This document shows, piece after piece, positions 28,187-36,947 of a stretch of 64,000 nucleotides of DNA. The notes under the pieces were generated by a model. That model saw only the letters and a list, made by a program, of their open reading frames with translations, searched no databases and was not told the origin of the DNA. Positions within the stretch are counted from its first letter, which is position 1. Each line of letters begins with the position of its first letter. The translations under genes were made by a program, and so were the position numbers. The DNA is from Pseudomonadota bacterium (lineage in GTDB: Bacteria > Pseudomonadota > Gammaproteobacteria > Burkholderiales > Burkholderiaceae_F), in assembly GCA_021838715.1 (NCBI GenBank), contig JAKCCX010000006.1, forward strand, positions 7,948-71,947, in the 5' to 3' direction.

Positions 28187-30522
28187 AGAGCAGGCGTCCG
28201 CTGGCAGCCGGCATCCTCGTCGTCATTCTGGTCGTCTGCGGATGGGTGATTCGCGACACGACCTTCGTATCGGATCTGTCGGCATTCATGCCACGCGATC
28301 CGACAAAAAACCAGAAGCTCCTGCTCGAACAGATCCGATACGGCTCCGTCGGCCGGCTCATCATGGTCGGGATCGAGGGCGGGACACCGGCGGAGCGGGC
28401 TCGCGCCGCGCAATCGCTTTCCTCGTCGCTGCGCCGCAACACCGCGCTGTTTTCCGATGTTCAGGATGGCGACAAGATCACCGAGGCGCGGGATCGCGCC
28501 TACTTGTTCGACAATCGCTATCTGCTCTCGCCAGGCGTGCGTACGGGGTCCTTCAGCGTATCGGGCATGCGCCATTCGATCCGCGAGTCGATCGACGCCC
28601 TCGATGGCAGCGCCGGCCTGCTCCTCGCGCGCATCTTCCCGCGCGATCCGACCGGAGAAACTGCGCAGGTGCTATCGCGTTTCGCGGGTACCGCGAGGCC
28701 GCGGTCCGAGGAAGGCGCCTGGACATCCCGGAATGGCAAGATCGCGCTGCTGCTGGTGCAAACCGACGCACGGGGGTCGGACATCGAATCCCAGGCGAAC
28801 GCCGTGCACCGCATTCGCAAGGTTTTCGCGGAACAGAACCCGGGATCCGGATTGAATCTGCTCATGAGCGGCACGCCGGTATTCGCGGTGGCGGCCCGCG
28901 CGACGATCGAGGGCGAAATCACTCGGTTGGCGCTGGCCGGCACGGGGCTGGTCACGTTGCTGCTGCTTTCTGTCTATCGCTCTCCGACCCTGCTTCTATT
29001 GAGCATCGTGCCGGTTGCCGTCGGAGCCGTGGTGGCAATCGCGACGGTTTCAATCGGGTTCGGAAATGTTCATAGCCTCACGCTCGCATTCGGCACGACC
29101 CTGATCGGAGAGGCGGTGGACTATTCCATCTATTTCCTCGTCCAACGCTTCGACAACCTCGGCGGGCCGGTGGAACCGGACTTCTGGAGGACCATACGCT
29201 TGGGGGTGCTCACGTCCGCGGCCGGATATTCGGTTCTGCTGTTTTCCGGATTTTCGAGCCTGGCGCAACTTGGACTGTATTCGATATCCGGGCTGGTCGT
29301 TGCCGCGCTGGTCGCCCGCTTTGCGCTTCCGCGCTTGGCGCCGACGGCCGTCGCGCTCCCCGACATCGACGATGTCGGCGCGCGGATCGACCACGTCTTT
29401 TCCACCCTAGGACGACATCGATGGATCATCGTGGTCGTCGGCGCCGCGGCAATCGCCAGCATTTCATCGCACGCCGGGACTATCTGGAATCGCAAACTGA
29501 TGGCCTTGAGTCCGATTGCGAAGAAGGATCAGAAAATCGACGAACTGCTTCGGACCTCGTTGGGCGTCTCGGATATGCGATATGTTGCGGCATCGACGGC
29601 GACCACCGAGGACGATGCGATACGCGAGGCCGAGATGGCCGGCGGCGCACTGCAGCGCGCCGTTGAACGAAGGGAGATTGCCGGCTTCCTGTCGCCGGCC
29701 TTTGTGCTGCCGAGCGTTGAAGAGCAACACCGAAGGCAATCCGCGATACCGAGGCGGGAAATCGTACTACCCGACCTTCGTCAGGCAGTCGCAAATCTGC
29801 CGGTTCGTGCCCGCGACCTGGCACCGTTCATCCACGATCTGCAGGTCTCGCGCTCGCGGAGTCCGATTCGACGCCCCGAACTTCGCGGTACGTCATTTCA
29901 GCTTCTGGTCGACTCCCTTCTCATCAAGCGGCCGCGAGATTACTTGGTACTGCTGCCGCTCCGCGCCGTGTCGGGCGACCGCGTCGACATCCGGAAGATA
30001 AACCGCGACCTTCGGGCGAGCGGTCTGCAGAATGTCCGGGTCATCGACATTCTGGATGAGACGACAAGACTGTTCGAGGGGTACCTCCATGAGTCGCTGT
30101 CTCTCGTTGCGGTCGGAGCCGTGCTGATCATCGGGATACTGCTTGCCACGCTCCGATCAGCGACCAGAACCTTGCGGATTGTCACCCCACTCGCATGCGC
30201 CGTCCTTTCGGTGGCGGCAACCCTGGTCGCCCTGGGTGTCGGACTGACCATCTTCCACCTGATCGGCCTGCTCCTCGTCGTCGCGATCGGCTCCAACTAT
30301 GCGCTTTTTTTTGACGCCACGAACCGGCACGGCGACAATCCCGGGCGCTACCGCACGAATGTGTCCATCGTCGTGGCGAACCTCACCGCGGTGGCGAGTT
30401 TTGGAATTCTGGGATTTTCCCGGGTTCCCGTCCTGACGGCGATCGGTACCACGGTTGGTCTTGGCGCTTTTCTCGCGTTGGTCTACTCTGCGATGCTTAC
30501 TCGAAGCAGCCATTCCACCTGA
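28183..30522 (+). CDS. MMPL/RND-superfamily exporter
   Basis: 779 aa with two blocks of about 6 TM segments separated by large soluble loops. ATGA overlap with the LolA-like gene. Confidence 0.75.
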   Translation: MKSRRPLAAGILVVILVVCGWVIRDTTFVSDLSAFMPRDPTKNQKLLLEQIRYGSVGRLIMVGIEGGTPAERARAAQSLSSSLRRNTALFSDVQDGDKITEARDRAYLFDNRYLLSPGVRTGSFSVSGMRHSIRESIDALDGSAGLLLARIFPRDPTGETAQVLSRFAGTARPRSEEGAWTSRNGKIALLLVQTDARGSDIESQANAVHRIRKVFAEQNPGSGLNLLMSGTPVFAVAARATIEGEITRLALAGTGLVTLLLLSVYRSPTLLLLSIVPVAVGAVVAIATVSIGFGNVHSLTLAFGTTLIGEAVDYSIYFLVQRFDNLGGPVEPDFWRTIRLGVLTSAAGYSVLLFSGFSSLAQLGLYSISGLVVAALVARFALPRLAPTAVALPDIDDVGARIDHVFSTLGRHRWIIVVVGAAAIASISSHAGTIWNRKLMALSPIAKKDQKIDELLRTSLGVSDMRYVAASTATTEDDAIREAEMAGGALQRAVERREIAGFLSPAFVLPSVEEQHRRQSAIPRREIVLPDLRQAVANLPVRARDLAPFIHDLQVSRSRSPIRRPELRGTSFQLLVDSLLIKRPRDYLVLLPLRAVSGDRVDIRKINRDLRASGLQNVRVIDILDETTRLFEGYLHESLSLVAVGAVLIIGILLATLRSATRTLRIVTPLACAVLSVAATLVALGVGLTIFHLIGLLLVVAIGSNYALFFDATNRHGDNPGRYRTNVSIVVANLTAVASFGILGFSRVPVLTAIGTTVGLGAFLALVYSAMLTRSSHST

Positions 30523-30584
30523 TTACCAAGATGGGCTGCCAGGGCAGACAGCGACCATTCACCGAAAGCGGGAGGTTTTGTCTT

Positions 30585-31055
30585 ATGAAGGCCGTGATCG
30601 CTATCATGTCCGCCAGCATCCTGTTGCTGGGGTGCGCCACCACCTCGAGCGTGACCACCGGCGCGCAAGGCACAATCGACCAGCTTCATACGGTCGCCTT
30701 TGTGCCCCAGGGAGGAAGTTCAGTGGATGTCGACAACGACATCCAACGCGCCTTGTTGGCCCAGGGGGCGGACATTCGTGCCACGGCTCCGTCGGGGACG
30801 AGAAAAATGGCCGGGGTCGATGCGGTCGTATCCTACGAAGACGTATGGAGATGGGATATGGTGATGTACATGAAATCGATCGACATCGACGTCTTTGACG
30901 CGAATACCGGCAGCCTTTTGGTTGCCGGTCATTGGGAAAACTCCCCGCTGCACGGATATCAGGACCCGGCAAAGGTGATTGGTCACGTGGTGACCGACAT
31001 GTTTCATAAAATGGGATGGGGTCATCCCGCGAAATACGGGGTTGTCACCCACTAA
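30585..31055 (+). CDS. Lipoprotein of unknown function
   Basis: MKAVIAIMSASILLLGC lipobox. GGGAGG lies 9 nt upstream of ATG 30585. Confidence 0.7.
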   Translation: MKAVIAIMSASILLLGCATTSSVTTGAQGTIDQLHTVAFVPQGGSSVDVDNDIQRALLAQGADIRATAPSGTRKMAGVDAVVSYEDVWRWDMVMYMKSIDIDVFDANTGSLLVAGHWENSPLHGYQDPAKVIGHVVTDMFHKMGWGHPAKYGVVTH

Positions 31056-31085
31056 CCCCGATCTGGGACTCGATGCGGGTTCGGG

Positions 31086-31907
31086 ATGCACATGCAGTAC
31101 GCTTGGCGGCCATCTCCCTTTGTCGTTGTCAGTGCCGGAATTCATGGGGCCGCGCTTGCCGCCTGCGTTTCGAGTCCGGAATTCTGGCCGTACGCGGCCG
31201 GTGCGATCGCGTGCAACCAGTTCGCGATCGTTCTCGGCGGGCTTTTGCCGAGAAGCGCTCTACTCGGCCCCAATATCGTGCGATTGCCCGCGGCGGCAAT
31301 CCGCCGGCAGGAGGTCGCCATCACGATCGATGACGGCCCAAGTCCCGAAGTGACCCCGCTCGTCCTGGAGATTCTCGATCGCTTCGGCGTCAAGGCGACA
31401 TTTTTCTGTATCGGCGATCGCGTTCAGACCTATCCGGACCTGTGCAGAAGCATCATTGCTTGCGGCCATTTGATCGAAAACCATGGCCAGACGCACCGAA
31501 CGCGGTACGCCTTCCTCGGCTATCGGGGTTGGCTACAGGAAGTTGGCAGGGCTCAGGAAACCATTACTGCCGTGACCGGCCGCGCGCCACGCTGCTTTCG
31601 CGCACTTGCCGGCATTCGCAATCCGTTTCTGGATCCCGTTCTCGCGGGCCTCGGCGTCCGCCTCGCTTCCTGGACCCACCGCGGCTTCGACACCCGGGAA
31701 ACCAACGCCGACCGGGTGTTCCTGCGGCTGACACGCCATCTTTCGTCGGGCGACATCCTGCTGCTGCATGACGGAAATTGCGCCAGGTCCAAGTCGGGAG
31801 AACCGATCATCCTGGAAGTGCTGCCACGCCTGCTGCGGGAAATCGAGAGTCGGAAGCTGAAGACCGTGACCCTCGAGGCGGCGTTCGATCGCGCCGACCC
31901 CGGGTAG
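31086..31907 (+). CDS. Membrane-anchored polysaccharide deacetylase (NodB homology domain)
   Basis: Hydrophobic N-terminus, then ITIDDGP, NHGQTH and LLLHDGN motifs. Confidence 0.8.
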   Translation: MHMQYAWRPSPFVVVSAGIHGAALAACVSSPEFWPYAAGAIACNQFAIVLGGLLPRSALLGPNIVRLPAAAIRRQEVAITIDDGPSPEVTPLVLEILDRFGVKATFFCIGDRVQTYPDLCRSIIACGHLIENHGQTHRTRYAFLGYRGWLQEVGRAQETITAVTGRAPRCFRALAGIRNPFLDPVLAGLGVRLASWTHRGFDTRETNADRVFLRLTRHLSSGDILLLHDGNCARSKSGEPIILEVLPRLLREIESRKLKTVTLEAAFDRADPG

Positions 31908-31943
31908 TCGGGCTGGACGGCGGTTCCCGGACCGCGGCGCCGA

Positions 31944-32819
31944 TCACATTCTGGATGGAAGTTCGCAGCCGCCGGCGAGCAGCCATCGCGACAGCGCCTG
32001 AAATTTGCGTCGCTGTCCCGGCGACAGCTTTTCATATCGCGATTGAACGCGGGACGCGATCTGCGGCGACCATTCGCGGCGCCAGCCGGTCTTGAAGACG
32101 ACGAGGAACGGCGCGAGCGGTGTCGTGAACCGCTCCATCGCGTGCCCCATGCCTGCCACTGCCCCCGTCAGTTCGGAAACGGTGAATGCCGCCTGGAGCG
32201 ACTGGAGAAAATCCCGGGTGAATGCCGGAGATTGCTCGCGCTTCCATTCGCTTGAAAAGTGCCGCATGGTCGCGAGCCGATTCATGCGGCCGAAATCCGC
32301 GAGATACGCCCCTCCGCGGGGCCGTAGGATTCGGCCCATTTCAGAAAAAGCCGACCCGAGTTCCCCTACATCCGCGAGGTGATGCAGCGACATCGTGCAT
32401 GTCAGGCTGTCGACCGAGGCAGCGGCGAACCCGGTCAGATCGGTCATGTCGCCAAGACAAACCTCTACGTTCTTCACGCCTTGGCGCGCGACCAAGGCCT
32501 TTGCCTTGTCGACCATTCGCGGCGACGCATCGATTCCGACGAAGTCGGAATCGGGATTGAGCGTTGCCGTCAGCACCAACTGATTGCCAGGACCGCACGC
32601 CAGATCCAGTACGGCATCCCCCGGCCTGATCACCGTCGTCGCCTGCAAGGCGTGGTACAGATACAGGAATTCGAGAATCCCGCCATCGGATCCGGCGGCA
32701 TCGAACGCATCGGCCTGGCACGGATCATCCATGACCAGTTCCCGCTCCGGAACACGCGCCGTGCCGGTGAAGGCAAGGCGGTCCAGGAGCAGGTTGATCA
32801 TCATCCGCGGACCCGACAT
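31944..32819 (-). CDS. Class I SAM-dependent methyltransferase
   Basis: VLDLACGPG motif I, with downstream GGAYLADF. Confidence 0.75.
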   Translation of the reverse strand: MSGPRMMINLLLDRLAFTGTARVPERELVMDDPCQADAFDAAGSDGGILEFLYLYHALQATTVIRPGDAVLDLACGPGNQLVLTATLNPDSDFVGIDASPRMVDKAKALVARQGVKNVEVCLGDMTDLTGFAAASVDSLTCTMSLHHLADVGELGSAFSEMGRILRPRGGAYLADFGRMNRLATMRHFSSEWKREQSPAFTRDFLQSLQAAFTVSELTGAVAGMGHAMERFTTPLAPFLVVFKTGWRREWSPQIASRVQSRYEKLSPGQRRKFQALSRWLLAGGCELPSRM

Positions 32820-32843
32820 TCCTTTCCCGCCTTCAAGAAGGAC

Positions 32844-33617
32844 TCAAATCGGCTTGATTCCCTGGTATTCCGAAAAGAATTGCATGGCCTTGAGATCGCT
32901 GTATACCCGGACCTCCGAAAATCCGGCGCCCTGAAGGGTTTCGGCAACGCGCCCCGGCGGAACACAGGCCTCGATGGTGTCCCAGTAATACTGCCAAAGG
33001 CGCCTGGTATTGCGCTGGCGTCCGACGACGGCCGCGATCGTCGGAACGACCAGTTTCATGTACCCACGCAGACAAAACCGACCCCAAGCGCTTGTCGGTG
33101 CGGATATTTCGAGCAGGCAAATCCGGCCACCCGGCTTGAGAACGCGATAAAACTCGCGAAACGCCACCGACAGGTCGCTGATGTGCCGCAGGGCGTATCC
33201 CATGCTCAGAAAGTCGAACGAAGCGTCGCCATACGGAATCTCCTCCGCGCGGCCCAAGGACAGATACACGCCGTGCGGAACATTGGCCTGCTTCATCATT
33301 CCCGGACAAGGATCGATTCCGGCGACCAGACTCGCGTCGCCAACGATCTGCGCCGCCTCCCGCGCCACCAGCCCGGTTCCCACCCCAACGTCGAGTACGC
33401 GCATACCCGGCGCCAGACCAGCCCGCTTCAATGCCTGTCCCCGATACCACCGTCCGGTTCCCAATGCGAGAATCGTCTCGATCCGGTCGTAATCCGAGGC
33501 CGTACTGTTGAACATCTCCTGAACGAACTGATCCTTCTCGTCCGCCCCGGCGTAATAGGCCGTCAACGGGGAATGGGGAGCGGTTGCCGTCGGGGGTGCG
33601 TAACTATTGTTTTCCAT
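32844..33617 (-). CDS. UbiE/MenG-like SAM-dependent methyltransferase
   Basis: VLDVGVGTG motif I, FDFLSMGYALRH and LKPGGRICLLE. Confidence 0.75.
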   Translation of the reverse strand: MENNSYAPPTATAPHSPLTAYYAGADEKDQFVQEMFNSTASDYDRIETILALGTGRWYRGQALKRAGLAPGMRVLDVGVGTGLVAREAAQIVGDASLVAGIDPCPGMMKQANVPHGVYLSLGRAEEIPYGDASFDFLSMGYALRHISDLSVAFREFYRVLKPGGRICLLEISAPTSAWGRFCLRGYMKLVVPTIAAVVGRQRNTRRLWQYYWDTIEACVPPGRVAETLQGAGFSEVRVYSDLKAMQFFSEYQGIKPI

Positions 33618-33629
33618 GTCTTTGCCACG

Positions 33630-34493
33630 CTATCGTTTCGCAGGAACCTCATTCGAACTGCGCGCAAGCTCTCCGATAAAATAGTCGCGCAAGGTATCCG
33701 TGAATTCCCTCGGATCATCCGGGGGGTCGAACCGCACGCCCAACCGTACACGAAAATGCATCGGCATTCCCGGCCTCCGGAAAAACGGGTAGCCCTTGCC
33801 GAGGAAATTCGTATCCTGCTCGACGATGACGGTTTGTATCGGCACCCGGGACCGGTAGGAAATATATGCGGCGCCGGTCCGAAACGGATTCAGAGGGGCG
33901 ATCTCGGTTCGCGTCCCCTCGGGAAACAGCAATATCTGGCTGCCGCGCCGCAACTCTTCCACTGCCAGATTCACGGATCCGAGAAACCAGTCGTTTGAAA
34001 TATATCCCGCCAGCCGCGCTCCCGCGCCCCAGAAAATACTGCGCAGCAAGGATGACTTCAGTAGACACACGACATCCGGCAAGCGCGAAACGATCATCGG
34101 CGCATCGAGCAACCCGGGGTGATTCGCCGCGATGATCAACGGCCCTCGATCGCCGAGCGCATCCAATGCCTCAAGATCAAAGCGCGCGGCCCTAATCCGC
34201 TCCAGGCCGAACAGATATGCCCGGAACCCATACGTTGCCATGCGCCTGCCGAACCGATTGCGCAAGCGGCCGCGCAAAAGCAGATTCAACAGGAGCGCCG
34301 CCAAGGAAAAAACAACGCACCCGATGCCAAGCACCGCGTATCCGATCAGCAGCGTCGCATATTCGCGTCCTGGTTGCGCGAGGGATGGGGTTCCGCTTCC
34401 GTTCAGCACGGCCTGGTTCGATGCGTATCCGAGAGCCCAAACCCTTCGATTTCCACCAGCAAATCGGCGCGACATATATCGGCCTGAAGCCAC
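33630..34493 (-). CDS. 1-acyl-sn-glycerol-3-phosphate acyltransferase family (PlsC-type)
   Basis: N-terminal TM segment, NHPGLLD (H-x4-D) and FPEGTR motifs. The start is uncertain: the track start lies inside the 3' end of the upstream chorismatase gene, and GTG 34409 is an alternative. Confidence 0.75.
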   Translation of the reverse strand: MASGRYMSRRFAGGNRRVWALGYASNQAVLNGSGTPSLAQPGREYATLLIGYAVLGIGCVVFSLAALLLNLLLRGRLRNRFGRRMATYGFRAYLFGLERIRAARFDLEALDALGDRGPLIIAANHPGLLDAPMIVSRLPDVVCLLKSSLLRSIFWGAGARLAGYISNDWFLGSVNLAVEELRRGSQILLFPEGTRTEIAPLNPFRTGAAYISYRSRVPIQTVIVEQDTNFLGKGYPFFRRPGMPMHFRVRLGVRFDPPDDPREFTDTLRDYFIGELARSSNEVPAKR

Positions 34494-35437
34494 GTCACGT
34501 CGACGTCGGGCCGCAATTTTTCGAAAAGAGCGCCTTGCACCTCGGGAAGGTCGGATGGGTGACGCAAATAGGCCCGGAGCCGGAGGTCGGCTACAGAAAA
34601 CGTTCCCGTGGCTGCACGGAGATTGGCCTGATCGACCACCGCCTCGAGGTTTTGCAACGTCTCAACCGTCTGCGCCGCGGCATCCCCGACGTGAACGCTT
34701 TGGTGACCAACAATGCTCGCCGTACCCGAAACAAAGATTGCCTGGGATTCCGGCGACAGCGACAGCACGGTGGCACGCGAAAACAGCGGACTCACCGGAC
34801 CGTACTGCGACGGGTAGTGATATGCGCTTACCTGGCGTGGATTTTCAATTGCGTCCGGAACGTACTTGGACGCGAGAAAGTAGATTACGACCTGTCCTGG
34901 GGACGTCGCCGATGCGGACGTTCCCAGCGCGCTCGCCGCGGGAGCGGCGTCGGCCCGCAACCGGCCCGACCGGTCGAATGCCCTGGCCCTGCCGATATTG
35001 AAATGGCGGTACCGTTCCAGTCCGTGCTCGGATTCATTGATCCGCGAAAAATAGTTCCAGCACCGGATCAGGTGGGGGTACCCCATTTCTCGGGTTGCCT
35101 TGAGGATCAATCCGTAGGAAAAATCCGCCACGAGCTGCACCGAAGCGACCGGGCTTGCAGACCGAAAATCTCCTTCATCCAGGGCGATGCAGCCGGCACA
35201 AAAGTGCTCCGTCGACCGATATCGCAACGGACCTTCGGCCCCCCGATGGATTGCACCGTCGCCGACAAAAATGGCGTGCGCCGACCCCGAATTTCCGAGC
35301 GGTCGCATGGGGACCACGCCCAGCGAGTCCACGTCGCCGGCCGCTCCGGAGGCATCGTACAAAACCGTGGCAAGAACGCGCTCGGAGTCCACCTCCTCGC
35401 CGCTTGCGAGCATTCGCAGAGAGATCCTCGCTTGCAT
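34403..35437 (-). CDS. FkbO/Hyg5/XanB2-type chorismatase (hydroxybenzoate synthase) with a RidA/YjgF-like C-terminal domain
   Basis: ORF trimmed to ATG 35437, 2 nt after the KS stop. IRCWNYFSRIN...RYRHFNIGR and IFVSGTASIVGHQSVHVGDAAAQTVETLQNL are characteristic of this family. Confidence 0.7.
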   Translation of the reverse strand: MQARISLRMLASGEEVDSERVLATVLYDASGAAGDVDSLGVVPMRPLGNSGSAHAIFVGDGAIHRGAEGPLRYRSTEHFCAGCIALDEGDFRSASPVASVQLVADFSYGLILKATREMGYPHLIRCWNYFSRINESEHGLERYRHFNIGRARAFDRSGRLRADAAPAASALGTSASATSPGQVVIYFLASKYVPDAIENPRQVSAYHYPSQYGPVSPLFSRATVLSLSPESQAIFVSGTASIVGHQSVHVGDAAAQTVETLQNLEAVVDQANLRAATGTFSVADLRLRAYLRHPSDLPEVQGALFEKLRPDVDVTWLQADICRADLLVEIEGFGLSDTHRTRPC

Positions 35438-35439
35438 TT

Positions 35440-36693
35440 TCAATCCACGGCCCGGAACGCCAGCACCGCGTTGCTTCCGCCAAATGCGAATGAATTGCTT
35501 ATCGCGGCACGAATTCCCGGGTTCGCCACGCCCTCGCGCACCACATGGCGGACACCCTGGCATTCTTCTCCGACTTCATCCAGATTCGCCGTTGGCGGAA
35601 CCTTGTCTTCGTGAACGGCGAGTGCCGCAACCAAGGCCTCGACCGCGCCGGCGGCACCCAAGGAGTGTCCGTGCATGGATTTCGTCGAACTCACCAGCAG
35701 ATCGGCTGCGTGGCTGCCGAACACCGACTTGAGGGACGCGATTTCTATCGCATCGCCCTCTCGGGTGCCGGCCGCGTGGGCATTGACATACCCGACATCC
35801 GCCGCCTGCAAATCCGCCTCCGCCATCGCGGCGCGCAGAGCCCGGGACTGCCCCTCCGCGCTCGGGCGCACGAGGTGCGTGTGATCGCAGCTTTGGCCGA
35901 AGCCCGCAAGCTCGCAATAAATCCGCGCGCCGCGCTCGCTCGCATGCTCAAAGTCTTCCAGGATGAGTGCCGCGGCACCTTCGGCCAGCACCAGTCCCGA
36001 TCTTCTCGCATGGAAGGGGCGACAGGCCTGACTCGCCGTCGGCTCGGTACATTCGGCCACAACGCGCATCCCCTCCCAGGCGCGCATCACCGAAAAAGAC
36101 AAGGGCGCCTCGGAGCCGCCGGCCAGCGCAATCGGGGTTTCCCCCGCCTTGATGCGCCGGAACGCCTCGCCGATCGCCACCGTGGAGGACGCGCATGCGA
36201 CGGAATAGGTCAGGCACGCCCCTCCCAGCCCAAGAGCGATCGCGATCTGGGACGCTGCCGCGCTATTCATGGCCATCGGAACGGATAGCGGCGACGCGCG
36301 AGTCCTTCCGAGCTTGTAATAGTCGACGTATCCTGATTCGATGGTCAGCGTCCCGCCGATTCCGGTTCCCCAGGAAACGCAGAAGGGATTATCGATGGTC
36401 GCTGCCGGCGCAAGTTCGGCGTCCCGCCATGCGGAAAACGCCGCCGCGATACCCAGTTGGGCGAAGCGATCGGTCAGGGACGAAAGCTGACGCCCCAACA
36501 CGCGTTCCGAATCGAAACCTCGACACACCGCGGCCGGCTGTGCGAGATCCGGACTCGCATCAGGCTGGCGATACCAGCCTATGGACGACTCCCCGGCCAC
36601 CGTTCTCGCGAAAAAATCATGGACATCACCGCCATACGGACTGACGATGCCGACGCCGGTGACCGCAACACGACGCGTTCTGTTCCGAGTCAT
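35440..36693 (-). CDS. Beta-ketoacyl-ACP synthase (FabF-like; probable priming KS, ApeR-like)
   Basis: RRVAVTGVGIVSP, catalytic Cys in SVACASS, and NAHAAGT and GHSLGAAG His motifs. Confidence 0.85.
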   Translation of the reverse strand: MTRNRTRRVAVTGVGIVSPYGGDVHDFFARTVAGESSIGWYRQPDASPDLAQPAAVCRGFDSERVLGRQLSSLTDRFAQLGIAAAFSAWRDAELAPAATIDNPFCVSWGTGIGGTLTIESGYVDYYKLGRTRASPLSVPMAMNSAAASQIAIALGLGGACLTYSVACASSTVAIGEAFRRIKAGETPIALAGGSEAPLSFSVMRAWEGMRVVAECTEPTASQACRPFHARRSGLVLAEGAAALILEDFEHASERGARIYCELAGFGQSCDHTHLVRPSAEGQSRALRAAMAEADLQAADVGYVNAHAAGTREGDAIEIASLKSVFGSHAADLLVSSTKSMHGHSLGAAGAVEALVAALAVHEDKVPPTANLDEVGEECQGVRHVVREGVANPGIRAAISNSFAFGGSNAVLAFRAVD

Positions 36694-36929
36694 TTGGATT
36701 TTTTGGATATCGCCTTCTCAAACGTATCGACCAATTCCCCGACCGTCTCGGGACGCGGCATGTCGTTTGAAAATCGCACCCCAAACTTTTCCTCAACCTC
36801 GAAAAGCAGTTCCAGCAAACTCAATGAATCAATTCCAATTTCCGCCAATTTGCTGTCAACATGGATCTGTTCTGGCGGATTGTCGACGTGTTTTTTTACA
36901 AACTCTTTCAACAGCGCAATCGTGTCCAT
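36690..36929 (-). CDS. Acyl carrier protein (cluster ACP 2, XanC-like)
   Basis: 79 aa with a GIDSLSLLE motif. ATGA overlap with the KS start. Confidence 0.8.
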   Translation of the reverse strand: MDTIALLKEFVKKHVDNPPEQIHVDSKLAEIGIDSLSLLELLFEVEEKFGVRFSNDMPRPETVGELVDTFEKAISKKSK

Positions 36930-36947
36930 AGGTGCCGCAAAACCTGC

